Positions 19,036-28,399 of a stretch of 64,000 bases of DNA are shown here, in pieces. Source of the stretch: a virus; IMG/VR virus record IMGVR_UViG_3300040801_001819, positions 1-64,000 of that record. One strand, written 5' to 3'. The notes beneath the pieces were generated by a model. The model saw nothing but the letters and a program-made list of their open reading frames with translations. It was not told the DNA's origin and ran no database searches. How positions within the stretch are numbered: position 1 is the stretch's first letter; every line of letters starts with the position of its first letter. A program made the translations under genes and the position numbers.

Positions 19036-22000
19036 TTAATACTCTGTATAATGAATGGTCATGTCATGCAAGACCATATTGTTTCCTGACGTGTTATCAA
19101 ATGTAAATTCTATGAAACTCCATGGGTTACGCATTCTGTCTCGAGACCCAGCATGTCTAGGTAAATTAACCTTCCAATGTCTGAATTTCTTGAACATGTT
19201 GTCACGAAGAGTTAACGTAACTTCACCAGAATCTTGATAGTCATTGTATACTCTTACTTTTGTTAAACCTACTGAAGGTAGGTCTGTTCCTGAAGTATTA
19301 GTCATCTCCATCTTATATGATGCATTGTTAAACACAACATCTCTTCCTCCTTGAGGAGCTACATTAAATTCTATTGTAGAAGGATAATGTACACCATAGA
19401 AGTGATTCTTCTTACCTTTGAAGTGTTCCCATACTTGAGTAGTATTTGGATTTGTAGTGATCATTCGGGCCCCTTTATTTATATACCAGGCGGGAATATA
19501 ATCATAATAAGAAACAAAACTGCCGGTAGCTTCATTGAAAGCAATTGTAAAACTTCCCTGTGACATTTTCAAAGAAAAGTAAACATCATTGTTTACACTA
19601 TTGTATCCTGATGACACTCCGAAGGCTGATACGACATTATCTTGAACAAGATCATTATATATCATTGAATTGTTAAATTCAGCATGGAATCCTTCTTGAT
19701 CAGATAATCCTTTAATTTGTCCATTAAATTGTATAATACCTTTGTTTAATATATCTGCGTAATAGAATCCATTTTGAGTTGATACTACTCCCCATTTATT
19801 TAAACATCCTGATTTAGTTGTTACATATTGGTAATCATGAAGAATACCACCTGTACCTAATTCTATTGCTACTCCATCAGCCCCTGTTGTTTGAACTCTA
19901 GGGTTGATTGATATATGAGCAACACCTGAATCTTGTAAGCAATATATTTCATCACCAGAATTTGTTACAGCGTTAATTGGACCGTATTGACCATCTAGGT
20001 CCATAATTTCATTTTGTAAGAAATCTGTCCATGAATCCACACTCTCACCTGGTATCTTCTCTTTTGAAGCCATAATTCTAGTGTCAAATTCTTTAATCTT
20101 TTTAAACTTGAATCCTGTTTCTGAATTCTGAACTAATGTAGGCTGTTGAGAATAAACTCTATTGTACTTTTGGTAATCCTCATATTTTGGTTGATACTTG
20201 TTATCCCATTCAGATAATGATAAATCACTTCTGTTTTTAAGATCAACAGTAGTCTCTACTTTAACAGAAACTATTTCACACCATCTATTATATTGTTGAG
20301 ATGTTTCTTCAATATCTGTTTTAGCAGTTTTAGTAAATGTAAATGTATTTACAAATGTATCTCCAGGTGAAGTTATAAGAACTCCATTTGTTTCAATTGG
20401 GTTATATGTTCCAATTCCAATATAGGAACTAATTGATTTAGCCTCATAAGTCATTCCTCCGTAAATAGAACCTATGTATTTAGTATTTGCATCTTTAACA
20501 AATTCACAAAGTAATACTCCATTTGTTTCTTCTATTGCAGCTTCTGTGTGAATATCTTCAATTGGCTTTCTACTAGCTAATGGATAAGAATTATCATCAG
20601 GCCCTTGCATAAATGTAATACACTTGGCTCCTTCAGATGAAAGACCAAGTATTTGAACTTCACAATCTTTATTTACAGCATCACTTCTATTCCAGTCATC
20701 AATAAGCATTGATCTATAATGATTACAATATCTTACCTTTGCATCATTATTGTAAGTAGTAAAGTCAGCTCCTCTTTCAGTTACTTCTGGTGTTCCGTAC
20801 AACTCATTTCTTCTAACTGAATCACTAGCTGTTGCTTTATGGAATGTTCCTGTAAATTCTCTATAAACTTGATGGGTTGCTATATCATGATCACTATTTG
20901 TTGGGCCAAAGAAGCTATTATCCATTAAAAAGTTAGCATTTCTTTCAATTGGGCTTATTGTTACACCTGCTGTTCCTGGTGAAATTCCATTTAAGAATTT
21001 TGCTGCAACAGTATGAACACCTGAAGTGGGGTTAGTTTCTGTTGACCAGTTGGCCGAATAGCTTTCTTTCATTAACCCAACCGTATATAGCTCATAAGAT
21101 GAATCAATACTAATAGGATCAAATAATATCTCAGGTGAGAACATCTGCATAAGTCTACTATGTTGAAAGTTTTGAGCACGCCAATCCTTAGAAGATGGAG
21201 CTTTAAATCCTTCTGACTTATTACCTCTTCCTAATTGACTAAATGTAGAATCGTTATCTCCAGACCAAGAGGTCTCAGCATAATCTATGCATTTAATAAA
21301 AGGATGTAATGTTTGAAATTTCCTTACAGGACAAGGCATCTTGTCAGACTTATTTGTATTTACAGCATCTTTTCTTTTAGCTAGTGCAACAATCTTATCT
21401 CTATGTTGATAATTAGCAATCATAGGATTTACAAAACCTTGTGTAAGTATTGTTTTATCAGTGGCTGTTCTATCTGCTCTTAATACTTTATATCCAATAG
21501 GTTTTGAATCCGGAGTAGGAAAGTTAGAACTATCATTTAGCCAAACATAGAATTCTGGCTTAAGAGTAACTTTAAGTTTATTGTAGTTTCCTTCTAAGTT
21601 TCCTTCAGGCATTTGTAAGTCACACATCCAGCTAGGATTGCTTTTTTGACCCCTTCTGTTATACAATTCAATTCCTATTCTATATATCTCTCTATCTTTA
21701 AGAAATTGCTTATTAGCAGCTTCTGAGTCAGTAAGTGTAGATCTATCTATTTCTACTTTAAAATACTTACCTTCTGCTCCTAATGTACTTCCATTAGCTT
21801 GATACTTATAAGTATTATAATCTCTGTTTATTGCATCATGTCTCTCTGGAACATTAGAATAAGTTACATTAACTGTTAATTGATTACCAGCAAGAACCTG
21901 TGCAGTATTTAAATAAACATTCTCCCATATAACAGCAGTTCCTCCTGAATTATGACCATAACATCTTGTATCAAGATCAAAATCAAAAGAACCTTCTTTT

Positions 22001-23109
22001 ATATTAATAGGAAATAACCTGTTGTCTTTTGTAGCTATATGTTTAGGTATAATAGGATCAGAACCTAAAAATACAAACGCAGCTAATCCAACAGATTCTA
22101 TTTGTGATCCGTCATCATAATAAGTAAATTCTGAGAAATTATCTATTTCCTTATCCGCAATAAGAGAAACCTCAGGCTCTTCATTAAATGAAGTGTATTT
22201 GATTCCATATATTCTAATGTGAGTAAATGATGTATCAATGTTTGGAACATTAACAATAACAGCTCGTCCAACATTTTCATTTACATCTCCTCCACCAAGA
22301 CCCGTTCCTTTGTCAAGAGACACAAGTTCAGATAACGGAGAAATGGTGGTTTGAGACCCATTCAATACGTACAATCCATATGCATATTGAATCATTCCTG
22401 CTGTGTGATTACCACCAGACACTACGCTATTAACGGTAGGTTGTGATAATTCAAATGTTGATACAGTATCAATAGAAGTAGAAGGAACGTCAATTAAATT
22501 CTTAGAGTCACCATTAGCAATACTCTGACGTATATTCATTGTTCTTATTTGATTCTTGCCATCTACAAAGTATATTTTTTGTATAACAGAATTTTCGTAG
22601 TTATATTCTATCTGAACAAGGTTATTTGTGCTTAAGCCAAGATCATTCATGTAAAGCAAGTTCAAGTCAAATTGACCTGAATTAACATTTACTAGTTCCC
22701 AAAAGCAATCAAATCCTGCATTATCAGTTGATACTATAATAGCTGAATCTCTAAGGGCTTTAACACCAGTTATAGTTTGCGTTCCTGATTCTTTAACTGG
22801 TCCAGCAGAACCATAATAATTAGATTCTAAATCACATCTAGGTATAACAGATGTTACTGTTGTATATTCTAAACTCTTAGTTGTACTTCCAACAGTATAA
22901 TCAATCTGTGTATCAGTAATATTAAATACCGGAATAGGAATAGTAAATACCTGCTGATTACCATGCTCATTTGTTACAGAGAATGATGATTGCTGGTCCG
23001 TAGCTAATATCCTTATGTTTTTGGCATCAAAGTATTTGTCAGACTGCTTGTTTTTAGCAAGGTCTTTTGACATACCACGATATCCTAAAAGTTGTTGTTT
23101 AATTGGCAT
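19036..23109 (-). CDS. large tail protein (1357 aa; muzzle / tail-tubular-B-like by position)
   Basis: Size and position just upstream of the ejection/cargo block mirror the crAss-like tail muzzle gene. No motif-level support. Confidence 0.45.
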   Translation of the reverse strand: MPIKQQLLGYRGMSKDLAKNKQSDKYFDAKNIRILATDQQSSFSVTNEHGNQQVFTIPIPVFNITDTQIDYTVGSTTKSLEYTTVTSVIPRCDLESNYYGSAGPVKESGTQTITGVKALRDSAIIVSTDNAGFDCFWELVNVNSGQFDLNLLYMNDLGLSTNNLVQIEYNYENSVIQKIYFVDGKNQIRTMNIRQSIANGDSKNLIDVPSTSIDTVSTFELSQPTVNSVVSGGNHTAGMIQYAYGLYVLNGSQTTISPLSELVSLDKGTGLGGGDVNENVGRAVIVNVPNIDTSFTHIRIYGIKYTSFNEEPEVSLIADKEIDNFSEFTYYDDGSQIESVGLAAFVFLGSDPIIPKHIATKDNRLFPINIKEGSFDFDLDTRCYGHNSGGTAVIWENVYLNTAQVLAGNQLTVNVTYSNVPERHDAINRDYNTYKYQANGSTLGAEGKYFKVEIDRSTLTDSEAANKQFLKDREIYRIGIELYNRRGQKSNPSWMCDLQMPEGNLEGNYNKLKVTLKPEFYVWLNDSSNFPTPDSKPIGYKVLRADRTATDKTILTQGFVNPMIANYQHRDKIVALAKRKDAVNTNKSDKMPCPVRKFQTLHPFIKCIDYAETSWSGDNDSTFSQLGRGNKSEGFKAPSSKDWRAQNFQHSRLMQMFSPEILFDPISIDSSYELYTVGLMKESYSANWSTETNPTSGVHTVAAKFLNGISPGTAGVTISPIERNANFLMDNSFFGPTNSDHDIATHQVYREFTGTFHKATASDSVRRNELYGTPEVTERGADFTTYNNDAKVRYCNHYRSMLIDDWNRSDAVNKDCEVQILGLSSEGAKCITFMQGPDDNSYPLASRKPIEDIHTEAAIEETNGVLLCEFVKDANTKYIGSIYGGMTYEAKSISSYIGIGTYNPIETNGVLITSPGDTFVNTFTFTKTAKTDIEETSQQYNRWCEIVSVKVETTVDLKNRSDLSLSEWDNKYQPKYEDYQKYNRVYSQQPTLVQNSETGFKFKKIKEFDTRIMASKEKIPGESVDSWTDFLQNEIMDLDGQYGPINAVTNSGDEIYCLQDSGVAHISINPRVQTTGADGVAIELGTGGILHDYQYVTTKSGCLNKWGVVSTQNGFYYADILNKGIIQFNGQIKGLSDQEGFHAEFNNSMIYNDLVQDNVVSAFGVSSGYNSVNNDVYFSLKMSQGSFTIAFNEATGSFVSYYDYIPAWYINKGARMITTNPNTTQVWEHFKGKKNHFYGVHYPSTIEFNVAPQGGRDVVFNNASYKMEMTNTSGTDLPSVGLTKVRVYNDYQDSGEVTLTLRDNMFKKFRHWKVNLPRHAGSRDRMRNPWSFIEFTFDNTSGNNMVLHDMTIHYTEY

Positions 23110-23671
23110 ATCTCAAATGTGTTTTTGTTTTTGAACTTCCATTAAGTCTATTCTTTAAAGTAGAGTAAGGTATTCCTTCTTCCTTTGCTGCGTATTTAGC
23201 ACAATCATATATTTTTCCAGTAATTGTATTAATTACTTTTTTTGCATTTGGATGCTTATGGCTTTTTATATCTTTAAATGATCCAACTTTTCCATACATT
23301 GAATTCTTTTTTCCAAGCTTAGCTTTTCTTTGCTTAACTTTTGTTTCCATAGTATGTTTTTTTCCAGTCCATAATCCATTACAATGCAATGTAGGGTTCC
23401 CAAATCCTCCAACATTTAGATTATAATTATCTCCTTTTTTTACCCATTCTTCATCAACTATAAATGCTTCCTCCTCATAAGCCTCCTTAGAAGTATTAAA
23501 GAAACTAAGTACAGTGCATACAAAGTTTCTTCTGCCATATTTTGCAATAGCTTTCTTAAGAGCAATACCACTACCTATATAACTGTCATTTAAGTTGCTT
23601 GTGGAATGAACTCCAACGTAGGTCTTGTCATTTATAAGGCATTTAGTTTGATATGTAAAATGGTATCTCAT
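23099..23671 (-). CDS. GIY-YIG homing endonuclease with NUMOD3-like and HTH C-terminal DNA-binding region
   Basis: N-terminus reads HFTYQTKCLINDKTYVGVHS...SYIGSG...R...E...N (GIY-YIG core). A KHTMETKVKQRKAKLGKKNSMYGK segment is NUMOD3-like. IPYSTLKNRLNG is HTH-like. Confidence 0.8.
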   Translation of the reverse strand: MRYHFTYQTKCLINDKTYVGVHSTSNLNDSYIGSGIALKKAIAKYGRRNFVCTVLSFFNTSKEAYEEEAFIVDEEWVKKGDNYNLNVGGFGNPTLHCNGLWTGKKHTMETKVKQRKAKLGKKNSMYGKVGSFKDIKSHKHPNAKKVINTITGKIYDCAKYAAKEEGIPYSTLKNRLNGSSKTKTHLRYAN

Positions 23672-24477
23672 TATTGTATTCTTAAATGTTCCTGCGCTCC
23701 TAGAAACGCAAATCTATCTTGGAATTGAGTTCTAGAAGGTATTAGTTGAGTTATTTGATTGACTAACGTCTCCATTTCATCATCAGAAGGTAATTTTAAA
23801 TTAGCATCTGCTTGAGCAACGTTTGCGTAATAGTCTACTTCAGCCTTATTGAATTTTCTATCAGAGATCTGATCCATATCATTTAAGATATCAAACCATC
23901 TGTATTTTATATAACTTTCAATACATCTAAGTAATGACGCATTGTTTGCTATTAATGGATAACATTCTTCATCAGTTGCAATAGCCTTGTAAACTATAAC
24001 CACTGTTCCTGATTCGAAATTAGTAAAGATGTTATTGCTATTCAATGAATATGTTTGCCCTCCAGTTGATCCAGTAGAAGCAGACTTAAACTTTCCATAG
24101 TGATCGTGAAGAGTATCAGTTCCTGTTCTTAATGGTATTAATGTGTATCCTGAATTAGAAGACGTTGATGTTGATGATGTAGCGGCGCTTGTTGAATAAT
24201 TATTATCTAGGCCTGTTGATGATGCTGTTCCTGTTAGAACTGAACTAACTTTAAATACCTGGTTAACATGCATAACATCAGCCGGAAGCTTACCCTTATG
24301 ATTTACTATCTTTATATTATCTTCTTTAGAGATATACAATGCAGGAGCGTCAAGTAAACTCATAACCTCAACAGCTTTGTCTACAATAAACTCCCAACTA
24401 AGATCCTTAAGAACTGGATTTTGCATTAGCCTATCAGCTACTATTTTTAAACTTACTACTCTACCTGTTTGTGCCAT
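23671..24477 (-). CDS. virion-module protein with Ser/Thr-rich linker, unknown function
   Basis: Track ORF with a STSAATSSTSTSSNSG tract. Its stop overlaps the GIY-YIG start (TAATG). Confidence 0.5.
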   Translation of the reverse strand: MAQTGRVVSLKIVADRLMQNPVLKDLSWEFIVDKAVEVMSLLDAPALYISKEDNIKIVNHKGKLPADVMHVNQVFKVSSVLTGTASSTGLDNNYSTSAATSSTSTSSNSGYTLIPLRTGTDTLHDHYGKFKSASTGSTGGQTYSLNSNNIFTNFESGTVVIVYKAIATDEECYPLIANNASLLRCIESYIKYRWFDILNDMDQISDRKFNKAEVDYYANVAQADANLKLPSDDEMETLVNQITQLIPSRTQFQDRFAFLGAQEHLRIQ

Positions 24478-24483
24478 GTCTTG

Positions 24484-25014
24484 TTATTTTAAGAATGCGT
24501 CAATACGACCCTGAAATATAGATTTAGAAAGATCCCTCTTCATTGTTCTATTAAATCTCATCTTATATACGCTTTTATTTTTATATGTTGCTTTTGATCT
24601 TAAGTAAACAATTCTAAACATATGACCGTCAGTATGCTCATTGGTAAACTTAATTTTCACTCTTTTTTCTCTTGCCTTTGGGTTTTCACTCCAAAGTTTT
24701 CTTGTTTCTTTCCAGTTGGTTGGAAGGTGGTTTATAATAGAACCGTCGTCATCAATCTTAACTTCAGTTTTCATCTTACGTAGTTCTATCTTTCCTAATC
24801 CGTTAGGAATAATATACCCTGCTCCTTTTCTAGATAACCTGTCTCTTGTGTGCTCATTAAACTCTCTTATGATTTTACCATAAATAAGCCTAGACACATC
24901 TGTTCTATATTTCTTTTTATAGAATCTATAATAATCATTTGTTCCGTAGTCAGCCTTTACTATGTGACTTCTATTGTCCTTTTCTTTCTCCATCTGCGTC
25001 ATTAGTACTATCAT
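24484..25014 (-). CDS. HU/IHF-like DNA-binding protein (candidate)
   Basis: IYGKIIREFNEHTRDRLSRKGAGYIIPNGLGKIELRK follows the HU/IHF pattern F..I...L..G..V.L.G.G.F...R, followed by a beta-arm-like segment. An IHF-like gene is conserved in crAss-like structural modules. Confidence 0.4.
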   Translation of the reverse strand: MIVLMTQMEKEKDNRSHIVKADYGTNDYYRFYKKKYRTDVSRLIYGKIIREFNEHTRDRLSRKGAGYIIPNGLGKIELRKMKTEVKIDDDGSIINHLPTNWKETRKLWSENPKAREKRVKIKFTNEHTDGHMFRIVYLRSKATYKNKSVYKMRFNRTMKRDLSKSIFQGRIDAFLK

Positions 25015-25654
25015 CAGGAATACTTAAAGTTCTTGATAAATCTTGTACAACTAGTTTTACAATGTCATCAACCATTGATAATTCTACCGGATATGCTCTA
25101 TCCCATGCTTCACATTCTGTTTCATCAGCAGTTGTGCATTTCAATGCATGAGCATCATCAGGATTCTCAAATATGTCAGCAATCTTAATTTCAGTCATAA
25201 GCTTTAGCTTATTTGATCCTGATACTAAATAGAATCTATTATCATAATCAACAGTTCCGTATATCATCTGAGCTGTAAAGTGATTATGCCCAATGAAAGG
25301 TATTCTTTCTAATGGGATTATATTTACATGTATAGCTGAACTGTCATATTTTCTAACAGTCATTGGGCCATCTTTTCCTTTAATCTTAATACTAGAAGGT
25401 AAAGCTTCAGTAGTCCTTAAAATTCTTCCAAAGCAAGGATATCCATTAATAACAGAAGCTACTTCAAGACTTAAGCATAACTCTTGTTTAGTTTCAACCG
25501 GCATAGCCCAAGGCTTGGTATCAAATCTTTGTTTAAGCAACATTGCTCTTTTGCTATCTATAAGGAAGGAAACAAATTCTTCAGTGATATCCATATCATC
25601 ACTGTTAATTTTAAGTTTCTCAAAAACTGTATATATTAATTCTCTTTTTGTCAT
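24971..25654 (-). CDS. virion-module hypothetical protein (227 aa)
   Basis: Track ORF, co-oriented and tightly packed with neighbours. Confidence 0.5.
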   Translation of the reverse strand: MTKRELIYTVFEKLKINSDDMDITEEFVSFLIDSKRAMLLKQRFDTKPWAMPVETKQELCLSLEVASVINGYPCFGRILRTTEALPSSIKIKGKDGPMTVRKYDSSAIHVNIIPLERIPFIGHNHFTAQMIYGTVDYDNRFYLVSGSNKLKLMTEIKIADIFENPDDAHALKCTTADETECEAWDRAYPVELSMVDDIVKLVVQDLSRTLSIPDDSTNDADGERKGQ

Positions 25655-25953
25655 TATCTTCTTATTTCATTTAGTAATTTGTCAGCTTCTTCATCATACA
25701 AGAACCTAGCAATAGTTCCATTAGGAGCGTAAAATTCATTACCGCCAATATAGATCCATCTCTTGCATTCCATTAAATATTTCATAGAATCTGATATATC
25801 ATCCTCTTTTATAAATATAAGCTCAACTATACGTCTACATAGCAAACCCTCAGATGAAGCATATACCCAATCCTCTAACCACAAAAGCCTCTCATTATTT
25901 GAGAGGCTATATGGTATTGTTATTGACCCTATTATTACGTCATTATTGTCCAT
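25654..25953 (-). CDS. hypothetical protein (99 aa)
   Basis: Track ORF with a 1-nt junction on both sides. Confidence 0.5.
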   Translation of the reverse strand: MDNNDVIIGSITIPYSLSNNERLLWLEDWVYASSEGLLCRRIVELIFIKEDDISDSMKYLMECKRWIYIGGNEFYAPNGTIARFLYDEEADKLLNEIRR

Positions 25954-27054
25954 TTAATATTTCTTTCCACCAAAGAAAAATCCTCCGTTTTGACATATGA
26001 TTTGAGTTGTGTGATAAGTTCCGTCTGAATCTATCATTACTATCGAGAAACCATTTTGCCATTGTGACTTCATTGCTCTACTGGCATAATTAAAAGCTTT
26101 ACTATTAAAATCAGCGCAAGCGCCAATATTAAAACTACCAGTATTACCTTCTATGTAGGTCTGAATTCTATGAGTGTGTACAAACATACAACTTCCTCTT
26201 AGTTTATCCATGTGAGCTTTAGCGCAATGAACATTGAAATATATTCCGTGGAATATGTCTAAATGTTTTCCAAGCGTAAAGTAATCTTGTTGCCAAGACT
26301 CTTTCACATTAAACCCTCTTTCCCATAATCTTAAGGCTTCAGTAGGTGAATCTAATGGTGTCTTAGCGTTGTCCATATTTTTCATCCATCTGTTATACCT
26401 ATCCTCATGGTTACCATAAAGGTAAGTTTTCCACACTTTCTTTGGAAGTATAGCCTCATATTCATCTAATATGTCATTGCCAACTTCGTATTCATCGTCA
26501 AGTGTTAAACCCGGTACTGCGGTGAATCTTCCTTTATCATAAGAAGACAGAGTATTCATATCCAAAAAATCACCAATTAAATGTAACCCTTTTATTTCAC
26601 TTCTGTAATCAGCTAATAATTCCTTAATGCCTTCATGCATTCTGACATTATGGAAAGGTACGTGATTACATCCTAATACAATGTGCATTCCAACCTGATT
26701 TGCCAATGGCGGTGTTTGCACTGCATGTAAATTAACTTTCTTTTTTAATAAAGTAGTTGGCGCATTATTTGCGACAACTGGGCTTAAAGTCAAACCCATT
26801 TTTTGCGCCATCTCTTCAAGTTGCTTTTTCAATTCACTCTCTTGAGATTGACTTAATGTTTTTAGAGGTTTAATCTCAGGAGCTGCCTGATGCTTTTTAA
26901 CCTCTTTTTTTGCTTTTTTAATATCTTCTAAGGTAAAGGTTCCGAAACCTCCGTATTCAACGTCTAATGCATCAGAAATCCTTTGATTGCCACATTTTAA
27001 ATACCCGTTTCTTCTCCCTAAAAAATCCTTAATTTTATTGATATCTGAACTCAT
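25954..27054 (-). CDS. calcineurin-like metallophosphoesterase
   Basis: Ordered MPP motifs are present: GCNHVPFH, GDFLD, GNHED, HGIYF, VHTHR. It has its own promoter upstream. Confidence 0.65.
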   Translation of the reverse strand: MSSDINKIKDFLGRRNGYLKCGNQRISDALDVEYGGFGTFTLEDIKKAKKEVKKHQAAPEIKPLKTLSQSQESELKKQLEEMAQKMGLTLSPVVANNAPTTLLKKKVNLHAVQTPPLANQVGMHIVLGCNHVPFHNVRMHEGIKELLADYRSEIKGLHLIGDFLDMNTLSSYDKGRFTAVPGLTLDDEYEVGNDILDEYEAILPKKVWKTYLYGNHEDRYNRWMKNMDNAKTPLDSPTEALRLWERGFNVKESWQQDYFTLGKHLDIFHGIYFNVHCAKAHMDKLRGSCMFVHTHRIQTYIEGNTGSFNIGACADFNSKAFNYASRAMKSQWQNGFSIVMIDSDGTYHTTQIICQNGGFFFGGKKY

Positions 27055-27078
27055 AAAATATATATATTGATTTTTGTA

Positions 27079-27107
27079 AATATACGCATTTTATGTATAT
27101 AAGTCAA
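27079..27107 (-). promoter_or_regulatory. TTGACT-N17-TATATT(TACA) promoter upstream of the phosphoesterase gene
   Basis: The minus strand reads TTGACT TATATACATAAAATGCG TATATT TACAAAAATC, within a 99-nt intergenic gap. Confidence 0.5.
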
Positions 27108-27153
27108 GAAATAGTATCATAAACTATTGATACATAGAATTAGTTATAAACAA

Positions 27154-27897
27154 TTATGATGAATATTGCAATGAACCAGAGTCAGCAATTGCAAAATCAA
27201 ATGTTAAATTTTGTACAGTTGTTATAGCCACATTAGGAGCATAAGTAAAAAGTCCGCTATCAATAGAGCTAAATGGCACAACTTGATTTACAGTACAGTT
27301 TACTGCACTTAATTTCAAATTTCCAGTTGCAGGTAAAGATAATATTTTTAAATTCAATGCGGGATCTCCCTCTGGATCAACATAAGCTGGTGTTGTTTCT
27401 GTTGTAAAATTAGCTCTTGTAAATACATGGAACTCACCGTAAACAAGGTTTATTGTAAGATTTCCTATTGAACTTGGAGGAAGATTAACCTCTGCTTCAG
27501 CTGTAAATGTAACTACTCCTGGAGTTATTGCTCCATATGAACCAGATCCATCATCAGCTATATTAAATGTCATTGCTGAATCAGTATATCCAGCCGTTTG
27601 TGCTACATCGGCAACATACGTTAAGTTTCCACCTGTTATGTCAGCTAAAGCTATTTCTTGACCAACAGTAACCGCAACAGCAGATAATAATAATCCTCCA
27701 ACAGCTGGAAGAGTTAATATCTTAACTGATTGTACGCTGTCTCCTTCCGGGTCAGAATAAACTGGAGTGGTTAGAGTTGTGAAATCAGCTATTGTAAATA
27801 CGTAAGTCTCATTGAACGTTAAGTCAATAGTTATATCACCTACTTGTGTTGGAGGTAGGTTTACACTTCCTCCTGTTGTTACATTAAATATTGCCAT
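27154..27897 (-). CDS. virion protein with two cadherin-like/VCBS-type repeats (DPEGD motif)
   Basis: Internal duplication of about 110 aa: NLPP..G...I.L.....VFT.A.FTT.TTP.Y.DPEGD......KIL.LPA.G.L.LS.V. Paralogs lie at 28387..29343 and 41542..42279. Confidence 0.6.
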   Translation of the reverse strand: MAIFNVTTGGSVNLPPTQVGDITIDLTFNETYVFTIADFTTLTTPVYSDPEGDSVQSVKILTLPAVGGLLLSAVAVTVGQEIALADITGGNLTYVADVAQTAGYTDSAMTFNIADDGSGSYGAITPGVVTFTAEAEVNLPPSSIGNLTINLVYGEFHVFTRANFTTETTPAYVDPEGDPALNLKILSLPATGNLKLSAVNCTVNQVVPFSSIDSGLFTYAPNVAITTVQNLTFDFAIADSGSLQYSS

Positions 27898-27906
27898 TTT
27901 TTTATT

Positions 27907-28203
27907 TTATGCTTCACAGCGTAAAGCTACCATTATTCCAGAAGCATCTGTTTTTAAATACTCGAGATTTCCCATTTGAAGATGACTATCATTGAATACG
28001 CCTCCAATACTAACTGCCTTTGTTGCGCCAGTACTAGTTGTATAAATAATATCACCTATTACAGGATATGAACCAAACCCATTGTGCCATAACGACGCAC
28101 TGTATGGAGAAAGATCAGCTAAAGCACAGCCATTACCAGTTATAGCGCTTACACTAAATTCTGTAAGATTACCTCCGTTATTTGTTATTGTAAATAATGC
28201 CAT
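27907..28203 (-). CDS. hypothetical protein (98 aa)
   Basis: Track ORF, co-oriented with neighbours. Confidence 0.45.
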   Translation of the reverse strand: MALFTITNNGGNLTEFSVSAITGNGCALADLSPYSASLWHNGFGSYPVIGDIIYTTSTGATKAVSIGGVFNDSHLQMGNLEYLKTDASGIMVALRCEA

Positions 28204-28399
28204 TATTCTTTTTCTTTAAAGCGTCAGATACTGCTTGGCCACCTATTGCTGCCATCCATAATCCTCCTACAATTGCTACTACATTTCCAATAGAGCTTTC
28301 AGGAGTTATTACTACTAATATCATTATGCAGGCGCTCCCTATTAGAGCGCCCCATAATTTTCTACTTGTTATTAATCTACTAAACATTATTGAACCCAA
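28178..28399 (-). CDS. small two-TM membrane protein
   Basis: Two hydrophobic spans are present: WGALIGSACIMILVVI and VVAIVGGLWMAAIGG. Confidence 0.45.
   Translation of the reverse strand: MGSIMFSRLITSRKLWGALIGSACIMILVVITPESSIGNVVAIVGGLWMAAIGGQAVSDALKKKNNGIIYNNK

Noticed and set aside
24641-25709. Plus-strand ORFs 24641..24883, 24939..25151 and 25293..25709 (and similar: 36931..37401, 38390..38617, 42417..42662, 43147..43536, 46031..46706, 50580..50879, 51252..51506)
   Set aside because: All are antisense to co-oriented, tightly packed minus-strand genes with recognisable products. They are judged shadow ORFs.
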